NCBI GenBank assembly: GCA_965112155.1
Contig: OZ218099.1
Strand: one strand, 5' to 3'
DNA from: Podarcis liolepis
Taxonomy: Eukaryota
DNA: 64,000 nucleotides
The notes beneath the pieces were generated by a model that was not told the DNA's origin, searched no databases, and worked only from the letters and a program-made list of their open reading frames with translations. Positions within the stretch are counted from its first letter, which is position 1; each line of letters opens with the position of its first letter. Shown in pieces: positions 13,163-24,120 of this stretch. A program made the translations under genes and the position numbers.

Positions 13163-14003
13163 CCGTATTTTTCGCACCATAGGACGCACCGGACAATAGG
13201 ACGCACCTTTTTTTAGAGGGGGGAGAACAAGGGAAAAAAATTCTTCTGCTCTCTGCCCAGTGCCCCTTCAGTGAAGCGGCAGGAGGCGCTGCGCAGAGAG
13301 TGGGAGAATTTCCCCCCTCTTGTTTTCCCGCTCTAAAACAAGGTGCCGTTTAAGGTGCGTTCAGGCGGCTACCTTGGAAGCCTGGAGAGCGAGAGGGGTC
13401 GGTGCGCACCGACCCCTCTCGCTCTCCAGGCTTCAGGTTCCTTTCAACCTGCTCTTTGGGGCTGGCGGGGGGAAGCCCACCACCAGCCCCAAAGAGCAGG
13501 TCAGGGAGCAGCGGAAAGGCGCAGCAGAGAGGCTGCTGCCATAGTCACGCGTCACTTCTCCAGCTGGGAGAGTGTCGGGGGGCTATGGCTTCTTTAGCCC
13601 CGCGCGCGCTCTCCCGGCTGGAGAGGTGACGCGCGCCTATGGAGGCTCCTGCCATAGGCGCACGTCACCTCTCCAGCCGGGAGAGGGTCGCAGGGGGGCT
13701 GCTTTAGCCCCGCGCGCGCTCTCCCGGCTGGAGAGGTAACGCTCGGCTATGGAGGCTCCTGCCATAGGCGCACGTCACCTCTCCAGCCGGGAGAGGGTCG
13801 CAGGGGGCTGCTTTAGCCCTGCGCGTGCTCTCCCGGCTGGAGAGGTGACACGCGGCTATAGAGGCTCCTGCCATAGCCCCGCGTTACCTCTCCAGCCGGG
13901 AGAGGGTCGCAGGGCTATGGCGTCTTCGCTCCATAGGACGCACACACATTTCCCCTTCATTTTTGAAGGGGAAAAAGTGCGTCCTATAGAGCGAAAAATA
14001 CGG
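13163..14003. mobile_element. pogo/Tc2-like MITE with internal ~110-bp hairpin tandem array
   Basis: TA/CCGTATTTTTCGC ... GCGAAAAATACGG; units start at 13538, 13651, 13761 and 13870. Confidence 0.85.
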
Positions 14004-15400
14004 GATATCAAAAAAAGATCATTGCTGCTTTGCTGCTTCCAATATGACTCTTGGGTATAAAACATTCAGGTGGAATATTACAATGAATTAACATTTGTGT
14101 TTTCCTAAGAGCCACAAGTGTCCAAAAAGCAGAGAATCCTTTACAAACTGGCAGTAGGATAGGGGTTCTGCTAGATCTGGCAGTAAAGGAACAAGCAATA
14201 ATTAGCAGATGGAATGCCAGTAATAAATTCAACAACATATGGCCTGCATTCTTGGAATTATTTGAACTGTGGTCTGTTTTTATATAGACTCACAGCTAAC
14301 TTTCCTTGTTTCCTTCTTCCTCTTCCTCCACCCCATTTCTTTTTTTGCTTTCTGTGTAAGATTTTGTAAGTGTATGTGACTATCAATTTTGAAATAGGGC
14401 TAAGTGAGTTAGGCAACAGGAAGTGTCACTTGTTAAGGAAGAAAGTTTATCATTTATCGTCATTTATTTTTTAAATGCATATTCCACCCTTCCTCTCAAA
14501 GGAGACTAGTTTAATGTGGGATTGCTCTGCATTTTATACAAAAATAGAAAACATACATTTCTCCAATGTTAATGTAAAACAGAACTATGTGTGCCCTTTC
14601 CCCTACTAAGCTAGCCTTAGGCCCTCAGGAGTAGCAGAGGACACTATCCCATCTCTAGTGTTGAAGTAATATTCAGCTTTTCTACATGGAACGGGAAAGA
14701 CACCATCTTGTCCTTTGCCTCAGGTAGCAGTTAGCCTTGGGCCAGCCTCCTAGATTCCACGAGAAGAGAAATCGATAAACTGCAGAGAGCAGAGTAGAAA
14801 GGCCTTTATAGGTACCAGATGAGTCATGCAAGCCAGCCAAGCCAAATGTTGCAGAGCGAAAAAATAAAAGTAAAAATGCAAACTTCTATCAGACCTAGGT
14901 CCTCATTTTTCAATTCAGCTCTACACTCTCACAATCAACTGGAGATCCCTGTAAAGCTGCAGACTCCATCCACGGTTGGCTCTACCCTGACTGCCCCTCA
15001 CAGAAAGTCAAGCACCTTTCCAGGGCAAATGCATCACATAGGTCAGCTGACATTGCAACATTAACAATACAGTATGTTAGGGGTGGTAACACAGGAGAGG
15101 GGATTCTATGTGGCAGCCCCCACCTTGTTGAACTCCCTTCCCACCAAGGGGGATCTGGCACCTCCATTATACAGCTTTTGGTGAATGCCTCTTCACCCTG
15201 GCTTTTGACACCAGAGGTGCATATTTTTAGAACCCACTGCCCTTAGGGAGAGAGACAATTAATAAATAAACAACAACAGCAACAATTTAATAAACAGTTT
15301 TACTAAATACTGCATTGTCAATAAATACATTTTACTCTTTGTTTAATTATATTTATGAATGACTTCCCACAAGGCATATCAAAGCGATTTACAATATAGT

Positions 15401-15860
15401 ACACGAAGGTCTGTATAGTTAAAACTATGGTTTCCCCAGTAGTGATGTATGGAAGTGAGAGCTGGACCATAAAGAAGGCTGATCACTGAAGAATTGATGC
15501 TTTTGAATTATGGTGCTGGAGGAGACTCTTGAGAGTCCCATGGACTGCAAGAAGATCAAACCTATCCAGTCTCAAGGAAATCAGCCCTGAGTGCTCACTG
15601 GAAGGACAGATCGTGAAGCTGAGGCTCCAATACTTTGGCCACCTCATGAGAAGAGAAGACTCCCTGGAAAAGACCCTGATGTTGGGAAAGATGGAGGGCA
15701 CAAGGAGAAGGGGACGACAGAGGACGAGATGGTTGGACAGTGTTCTCGAAGCTACCAGCATGAGTTTGACCAAACTGCGGGAGGCAGTGGAAGACAGGAG
15801 GGCCTGGTGTGCTCTGGTCCATGGGGTCACGAAGAGTCGGACACAATTAAACAACAACAA
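15401..15860 (+). mobile_element. BovB (RTE) LINE 3' end
   Basis: RVPWTARRSN..LKEISPECSLEGQIVKLRLQYFGHLMRREDSLEKTLMLGKMEG.RRRGRQR.RWLD, ending GGGGTCACGAAGAGTCGGACAC + (CAA)n. Confidence 0.92.
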
Positions 15861-16249
15861 AATACCACTTGGAAATTTTAGGCAAGGGTGGCATATACTT
15901 TTATAAATAAAATCATGGGCATAGAAACAGTTCAAACAATTGCACAAATAGCAACTAACCCCCCCACACACATACAGAGAGAGGACAACACATACGTAAA
16001 ATAGTATCAATTCCAATGCCATACGGTCTAAAATATCGGTAGGTAACAGGAAACGCGATATTAAAACAGCATTGTTGCACCAAAGGCAGCGGCTCCAGAG
16101 CCGCAAAGATACTGATGTTATTAATTACCGGTAATTTGTTTTTAAGCAAACCTGAGAAATAGTGATGCAGAGGGTATGGTAAAGGAAGCGGAGACCACCT
16201 CCTTCCCCGGGCCAGCCTCTGCCACCCAGCTTTAATCAAACGAGACACT

Positions 16250-17570
16250 TTTCCCCGCTCGGCCATGACCTCTTTGAGCACCGAGCGACTGCGAGGTCTG
16301 TCCCGCGTGGCTTCGAGAGCCCGCGCCCGCAGCGTTTCCACGGGGAAACCGCCCGGCCGCGACAGCCCCACGAGGCGAGACGCCGCTTCCTCCCGGGGCT
16401 GAGAGAGGGAAGGTGGAAGGTGGAGGCCGACCGACTTTAAAACAAAGCGAGAAGACGAGGGAGTTGCCGGGTCAGGTAAAGGCGCGCGGAGCTGTGCGCG
16501 CCACACACACCCGAGCAAGAAAGGCCGGCCGAGCACAGGCCAACCGCGAGAGGCCCGAAGCCGCGAACGAGCTCCATTCGTCCCGGGAAAGTTCCTCGAC
16601 GGCGACGGGAGAGACCGGGCGAGCGGCAGAAGAAGCAGGAGGACGGAAAAGCGAAGGGAGACGCTGAAGCCTCCAAGCGCCTGTTCGGTTCGATGTGGCC
16701 CGCGCGAAGCAGGGGATTCCCGCCCCTCAGCGCGCGCCCCCGCCCCGCTTTCTTCCCCTGCCCGGCTGCAAGAGCAGCAGGTGAGCGCGTCCGGCAAAAG
16801 TTGAGGCGGAGCGCGCGCGGGCGGAGGGCGGAGCGAGCGAGCGAGGGGAGGGCGGTCCCGAGGCGGAGGCAGCGCCGCTTGACTGCCTTTCTCTTTTCGG
16901 GGCAGCGCTCTCGGCCTCGGAGCGCCGAGCAAGTCCTGCGCTTCCTGGCGAGGGTCCTTCTCGCGAAACGGGTGAGTGACTCGTTGGCGCGCGCGGGCCG
17001 CCTCATACCTGCTGCTGCGGCGGGCCGCCACTTTCGCGGGGGGGGGGGGAGTAAGGAGGAGGGCGAGGTAGTTCCTGCTCCGCCTGCCTCCTCGGTGAAT
17101 GAGGAAGCGGCGCGGGCAGCGCCTCCCCATCCCTTTTCGAAGTGAGCGAGTGTGTTTGTGTGTGTGAGAGAGAGATTTTATCTCTCGCCCACCCCACTTT
17201 CCGGCGCTGAGGGGTTGTGCGAATGGGCTGAGCACTTCTTCTCGTCAGAGGAGCGGGACCCTCCGGCGCTCGAGTCGCTGCCTGGGCTGGGTGAGTTGGG
17301 CGCTTGCCTGCCTCTCGTCTGGGTGTGCTGGGTGGCACACTTTCGCGACAGGCGCTCGGAGTTGCCCTTTCTCTCTTTCTCTTTCTCGCTCCCTCTTTCC
17401 TGCTTTTCGCTTCGCAATCGGGGGCAGCCCGGCACGGGGCAAGGCGCGCGCGCCCTCGAGCGGGTCTTGCCCATGGCGGAGGGGGCGCGTTGCACAACCG
17501 GGGCGAGAACACAGGGCGACTGAGTTTTAACATCCCGCGGAGGTTTGTCTCCACCGGGACTTCCTCGTTT
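16250..17570 (+). promoter_or_regulatory. PRKCD: CpG island / probable PRKCD promoter with non-coding first exon(s)
   Basis: Non-repetitive, very GC/CpG-rich 1.3 kb in AT-rich surroundings. Contains GC boxes, a kappaB-like GGGGATTCCC (16712-16721), and consensus splice donors at 16781, 16972 and 17291. It is the only non-repeat CpG island upstream of the ATG exon. Confidence 0.85.
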
Positions 17571-17807
17571 TAAGAGCCTCCATGTTTTCTTTTAAGTGCT
17601 CCGCCAAATTCTTGCAAATCGAATGGTTGACTTAGTCAGGGGAGGGGGTGGGGCTGATGGGCTTGGACTTTTCTCTCTAAGCTCACTGCATATACTTGTA
17701 TGGTGCAAGTTACCCTCCTCAAATTTCTTTTCTGAATGGTCTCTAGCACCTTTAGGGGCTTTGTTTTTTTTAAACCCAACAAACTTAAAGACAAACTTTG
17801 TTTAACT

Positions 17808-17812
<5 letters not shown>

Positions 17813-17845
<33 letters not shown>
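17813..17845. repeat. (CA)n microsatellite
   Basis: Direct reading. Confidence 0.95.
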
Positions 17846-17849
<4 letters not shown>

Positions 17850-18720
17850 CACTCCCAACTTATCAAAATCACTTGTAAAAGCTGCTGTCTTTGAGTGTGC
17901 CAGAATGGCACTGTCTGAAATCTGGCCTCTGCAGCTTGGCGTTTGTAGGAATTTGGTTACTTTGGCAGAAGCGACGCAGGAGTCAGGACAGGGAAAACAC
18001 AGTGACAGTGTTCTTCAGCTGGCAGTTATTGACAGATGTTAAAACTGAAAGGCAGCCTCACATGACCACACTATCTGATAGAAGCATTCAGCATTTGTCT
18101 GTTTGCCTGATCTTTAGACTTACTACACCAGTGGGTGCCTGGGTGGAACACAATGGCTGTCATCTGTATTAACAATATTCATTGCATTTATGAAGTGCGT
18201 ATTATGATTGCTATTTCAATTGCCTCAGTTGTGCTTCACTGGAGTCCTGATGGTTTTCACCCCATTTTCTCTACCCCACAGCTAGAAACAGCATGTTGAG
18301 TGGTTTGGGGTTGAGGATTAGAAAGGGTTTCCCCCCAAGCTTGGTTAGTATCTATAGGCGTTTGCTTAGTTTGGAATGTGTTTGTCTTCCCATGCAGCGT
18401 ACAGCTAGGTTTGCTTGCATTTAGTCATCTCAAGTTGTTTGCCATCTGAGTTTGTTTCTGTTGTGCACCTGTTCTCTTGAGCAGTGGGTGGGATGATGTT
18501 CATGGACTGGATGTTCATTTGGTATCTTCCAACAGCTTCATTGTCCTGTGAATGCAAACCATGTTAAGTGTTTCTATGGTGCTATACCAGCATTGCTGAG
18601 AAATTTATCAGATGCTTCAAACAGGTACAGGAGTAGTGGCCAAACGTTTTGATATATGTGCAGCAAATGAACTCTCAATTTGTGTAACATGGACACTTAA
18701 GGGCATATTAATAATAATAT

Positions 18721-19092
18721 AGAGGGATGCGGGTGGTGCTGTGGTCTAAACCACTGAGCCTCTTGGGCGTGCTAATCAGAAGGTCGGCAGTTTGAATCTG
18801 TGTGACGAGGTGAGCTCCCATTGCTCTGTCCCAGCTTCTGCCAACCTAGCAGTTCGAAAGCAAACCAGTGCAAGTAGTTAAATAGGTACTGCTGTGGCGG
18901 GAAAGTAAACGGCATTTCTGTGTGCTCTGGCAGTCCTCCGTGCGCCAGTAGTGGTTTAGTCATGCTGGCTACATGACCCGGAAAGCTGTCTGTGGACACA
19001 TGCCAGCTCTCTTGGCCTGAAGTGAGATGAGCACCACACCCCATAGACACCTTTGACTGGACTTAACCGTCCAGATGTCCTTTACCTTTACC
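18721..19092 (+). mobile_element. Sauria SINE
   Basis: GGGATGCGGGTGGTGCTGTGG head, CCTTTACCTTTACC tail; TSD TTAATAATAATAT (18708-18720, 19093-19105). Confidence 0.9.
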
Positions 19093-21699
19093 TTAATAAT
19101 AATATGTAGCTAGGCACAAATGCTTGCTGTAACAAATTTCCAGTTGTGAGACCCATGCCGCAGGTTGACTGCCTGCAAAATATGCCAGCAGCTTTTATTT
19201 ATTTATTTTATTTGCCTTGATCTTTAGACTTTCTATACCCGAATATGACATTTTTGCACTAGAGAAAAATCAGCAGATTGAGCAATATGTTGCTTCTTCC
19301 TGACACGCTAGCCATTAAATTTCTAAATGAAATGGCTGAATGATCCGAACAGATGGGTTAGTCTAGGCTTAAGCCATAAAATAATTAGTTCCAGGAAGTG
19401 TAGCTAGCTGTGTCTGGGGAGCATACATGGATGAGTTAATAACTTTAGTCCTAAAGATCCGGGAATACGTACTATGGATTGCTGCAACTTGCTTATCTCT
19501 AAGTTTGATTTAATGCAGATTGTGAAAATGCTGTGCCATTAGGTTAATGGGAAGGCGAAGCAGCATGTTAAACAATGTAATTCATTTACTCTTTGGCTAC
19601 AGTGCTATGTACACTTTTCTGGGAGTTTCATCCGTTGAATCCAGTGAGACTTACATCTGACTGAACATGCGTAGGATTTTCCTGTATTCGCTGCACAAAT
19701 TGAGCATGATAATCACTTCTTTAGTGTTACTTAAATTATCAAAGCACATGCCGAAGAACATAGGGTTCTGAGTGAAGAGAATGCATGAGAACCTATGTGG
19801 TGTAATGGATGGAATGTCAAGAGTAGGATTGAGGAGGCCCAGGTTGAAATCCCTGCTCAGCCATGAAGCTGAATGGGTTACCTGGGCCTCTTGCTGCCTC
19901 TGAGGGTAAAAATGCTGGGGTGGGGTGGGGGTACGTTTTGATCATATTTTAAAATGTAGGAAATAAAGGTCTACATTCTTGGTATTTGTGTGTATGTTGG
20001 GTGGTTGTACTTTAAGCTTACATTTATTAGAATGTATTAGCCACACCCACCCACCCTCAAAGCAGTTTTTTTTTAAAAAAAGTAAAACAATAAAATTATC
20101 AGTAAAAACAGTTTTAAAAACTCAAATGTTTATTGCAATTAGGTCAAAATTATATGTTTAAGAATGGAGCATATAATAGGAAATCAGATTGTGTACACTT
20201 GGTGTATAGAATACTAAACTTTATTTGTTCCTGAGTAGTCAAATGGCTTTCAGATTTTGAGATGTGAATCAGTGAAGGGTTGCAGCCTGCTGTTATTCAT
20301 TAAATACGAAAATGTCCTTAATTTTGTCTGTTCCCTTGATCTGGCAACTTGAGCCTATGAAGTACTGTAGCTTTCAGGAAGGCAGGTGAAATGGCATGTT
20401 GTACTTGTCAAGTAGTCCCTTTATATAATTACATATTACGAAGGCAAAGTAGTGCATTCCTGACTCTTGGGCTTGTGGATGATTGGATGCTCTACATTGG
20501 AGTCAGTGCACAAAGCAGGAAATGAATCCACCTTGAAGTGTTCAAAACCAGCCTTTGCCAACCTGGTGCCCTCCAGATGTTTTGGACCACAACTTTCATC
20601 AACCCTAGCCAGCAAGTGCACCGGCTGGATCTGATGGCAATTGTATTTCAGACCGGAGGGCACCAGATTGGTGAATATTGGTTTAAGTAAAGAAAAGAAG
20701 TAAAAGAATGTGACCCCAAGAGATTTTTAGTAGCAGCAACTGCATCTGTGGACAGGAACAAGACTATTTCCCTGGAGAGCTGGGAAAATTCAGAGGCATG
20801 AGGAAGCAGAGTGGGATGTGCGGCGAACACGAGACCAGATGAATAAACAAAGGGAACAAACATGTCCAGAGTTGGGCTTATTCACACTGAAGCAATTCAT
20901 CAAAGGTGCCTTCGGCTAATCAAATGTATTCTTTGTTATTAAAAATAATTACCAAAGAAACTTTTTTTTTATGCTGTTGGTTTGCATACAAGAATTGACA
21001 CTTGGTGGTAATATTGTAGTTGCAGCAACCTTTTCTAAGACCTTGTCTGTGGTGGCACCCTCTCAGTGGAACTCTTTCCCACCCTTCATAGCTTCCAGAT
21101 GTTTTCAGATCCAATTAGTTGCACTTGTTGTTTTATACCCCACTACCACCACCCCGGCAGGTGCTATGATGTTGTCTTAAGAGTGTAGTTCACCTGTTGG
21201 GCCTTTTGAGGCCAGAAGAGCAGCTCATAAATAAATTTATAAAGAAATAAATATAAATGCTGTGGGCTCTAAAATGTCCCTTATCAGTTTAGGAATTAGC
21301 ATATACATATGTGTGCGTAGCATTTCCTGTTAATTTCCTGGAGATGTCTGTAATCTGAATGCCAGAAAAGATTCTCAAAAGTATGATTGCTGTCGTGGCC
21401 ATCAGCCAAAATGACAATGATAAACTTGGGTGGAGAGGAAAGTAAATAAGATTAGAAGGCAGCTTTGAAAACCATAGCATATTTAGCTTTTGTAAATCAA
21501 GGTGCTTATTAAATCCATATAAAAAGCTCAGAAAAATATATTCTTATTTTTATAATTATTTTGTTACTTACCTATCAAAGATAAATGTCTGCATTTGAAG
21601 ACAGCAAAGTGATATTAAAAAGTAATGTTTGAGTTTTATTCTATAAGTTTTGACACCACAAATGTTTTATAGTTCGCCGAAATGTGTGTTGTTGACAGT

Positions 21700-21965
21700 T
21701 ACTTGCAACTACTCCTGTGTGGCTGTAGAGACCAGTATAGGAAAGACAAGTTTGGTTGCAGCTGGGGCAGATGAAGGCATCTGGTTATGCTGATGTAGAT
21801 GTACCCTGGTGTTGCTTCTTTATCCGTTCCTCCTGTGGTTACTTCTATGGATTCATTACCTGACTGTGCATCTCCAGGCACTGTGATCGTCGTCATGGGA
21901 TTTGCACATGACGGGTTTGATGTCGCCAGCCTTCATGTCTTGTTGCATGCGCGTGAATACTTGTT
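21700..21965 (-). mobile_element. Decayed RTE-clade LINE ORF C-terminus
   Basis: QQDMKAGDIKP...DDHSAWR, then FICPSCNQTCLSYTGLYSH (RTE C-terminal zinc-finger-like). Confidence 0.6.
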
Positions 21966-22293
21966 TAAATCCACCTACAAGTTTTATAAATTGTGTTTGT
22001 GTTTGTGTTTGTGCCTGCTTGCTGAACTTCATGCATTGAATATTCCTTTGGAAAATGAGGAGATCCCACTCCAAGCACTTGCAGGTATTAATGTGTCATC
22101 TTCAAAATCTCTGAATGGGAAAATGAGGTTTTGAAAGATGTGAACCGTATTATGCAGAATAGCATGCATATACAACTGAAGCTTCATTTATTCATTATAA
22201 ATGAACACTATCAATGTTGTATGCATCAGTATTCTAGCAGAACATGTTTGATAGGCCAAATTCTTCTTCACCATTTCATTCTGTAAATCATTG

Positions 22294-22533
22294 CAGTGGT
22301 ACCTTGGTTTACGAACAGTTCTGTTTACGAACTATTTGGTTTGCGAACTCCGCAAAACCAGAAGTAGTGTCCCGGTTTGCGAACTTTACCTCGCTCTATG
22401 AACGGAAGCCAAACAGTGGAAGGGCACCAGTGGCAGGAGGCCTCATTAGGGAAAGTGCACCTCAGTTTAAGAACGGATTTGGTTTAAGAACAGACTTCAG
22501 AAATGGATAAGTCCATAAACCGAGGTACCACTG
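22294..22533. mobile_element. Tigger/pogo-like MITE (CAGTGGTACC TIR)
   Basis: CAGTGGTACCTTGGTTTA ... TAAACCGAGGTACCACTG/TA. Confidence 0.85.
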
Positions 22534-23554
22534 TATATTGCTGAGATCTAATGTGAAAATTCACGATCCATTTCCTTAAAATCACAACTTTGCTTAATAT
22601 ATGGCTTTCAAATAATTTAAGAGGCTACTGCATTTCTCCTTTCTTCTTGCATGCATTGCTTCTATTTCATTTTCAGCCACGTACCCTACTTCTCTTACCA
22701 TGGCAGAGAGCAGACTGGCTAGTCCTGCCTCAGGCTGTTGTACCTTTGATGCTGAGATGGAGAATTCAATTCTCTTTTAAAAAAACAAAAAAAAACCCTT
22801 TCAGATTTATATATGCAGCTGTATCAGGAAAGGGGAGCCTCTGGCTCTCAATTGTTGTTGGGTCCCAACCTTCAGCCTCAGCCACCAAGATGAATGGTCA
22901 GAGATGATGGGATATGGAGTCCAGAAACACATGGGGGGGGGGACACAGGTTCCCTCATCCCTGAACTGCATCCATTCAGAGAAAAACACAATCTTCATGT
23001 GGAACAATAAAGCCCTAAATCAGTATAGCAGCTGAACTTGTCAACATACAGTCCTTTTCATGCAGTTGTTACTGGCAGGCTGCTATAAAAGTAACACCAG
23101 TTTCTGCAAGCGGAATTTGAGGGCAGTTTAGCATAAATAGAAACTTGGCTTTTAGGTATTTTAGTTCTCTGAATTACTATGCAATTTGTTTACCACACTG
23201 CCCAGTCATGTATTTTGGTGTTGTTTATGTAAGGTACCTTCTTGGACATATTTAGTGGTGATTATATTGCGATTGATAGTGTTATAAATAATTGTGATGG
23301 CCATGTAAAACTGTAAGAATCTTGCATTGCTGCATTTACTATTCCTATTCTAAGTGTATCTAAAACATTTAATTCACTCTGGAAGTGTGCTGCTCTGCAT
23401 AATCTAGTTTATGATTATGCCTTTTAAACAGATAAGAAGCAGCAGGGAATCAAGCCTGTGTGAACTGCCTATGAACAGTAAAATAATAAATAGTAACAAA
23501 ATGTATGTCTCTTCTAATTTGATTGTCACATTCTCCTGCTAGATCCAAGTTCTT

Positions 23555-23740
23555 GCTCCATCCTCCATGTGACAGCCCTTCAGATATTTGAAGATGGCTC
23601 ATATCTCCTCTCAGTCTCCTCTGTTCCAGGCTAAACATACCCAATTCCCTCAACCTTTCTTCATAAGGCTTGGTTTCCAGACCCCTGGTAATCTTGGTCA
23701 CCCTGCTCTGTGCATGTTCCAGCTTGTCAATATTCTTCTT
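23555..23740 (-). mobile_element. CR1 ORF2 fragment
   Basis: [33 protein letters not shown]. Confidence 0.85.
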
Positions 23741-23968
23741 AGAACACCACTGACACGTGCTTCTCTGCCTCCATGTCTTCCAAGAGGATTTGTCACCTTT
23801 CGTTTTTGTACATAACCATGTTTAGCATTATTTCTACACTAGCATTTTTGCTAACCATGGACATGGCTGATCCAGTTTTTCAATCATGACTAGGACAAGG
23901 TTTTCAATTTGTGGCTTGATATAAAAATGATTATCGTGGTTAATTCATAAAATTATTTTAAATGAGTA

Positions 23969-24120
23969 AATCATAGAAATGATTATCATGGGTAAAAATG
24001 ACCATGGGTAATTAAAAAAAAAAAGGAAAGGGGGTCAGTTTTCTTACACCAAACTGACCCCCTTTCCTTTTTTTGAATTACCCATGGTCATTTTTACCCA
24101 TGATAATCATTTCTATGATT
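23969..24120. repeat. Long near-perfect inverted repeat (foldback)
   Basis: ~70-bp arms with a 9-nt spacer (24042-24050), flanked by the direct repeat ATGAGTA. Confidence 0.95.

Noticed and set aside
15955-17573. Long ORFs (426, 189, 183 aa etc.) over the CpG island
   Set aside because: Stop-poor GC-rich DNA gives overlapping ORFs in several frames with Arg/Pro/Ala bias and no recognisable protein.
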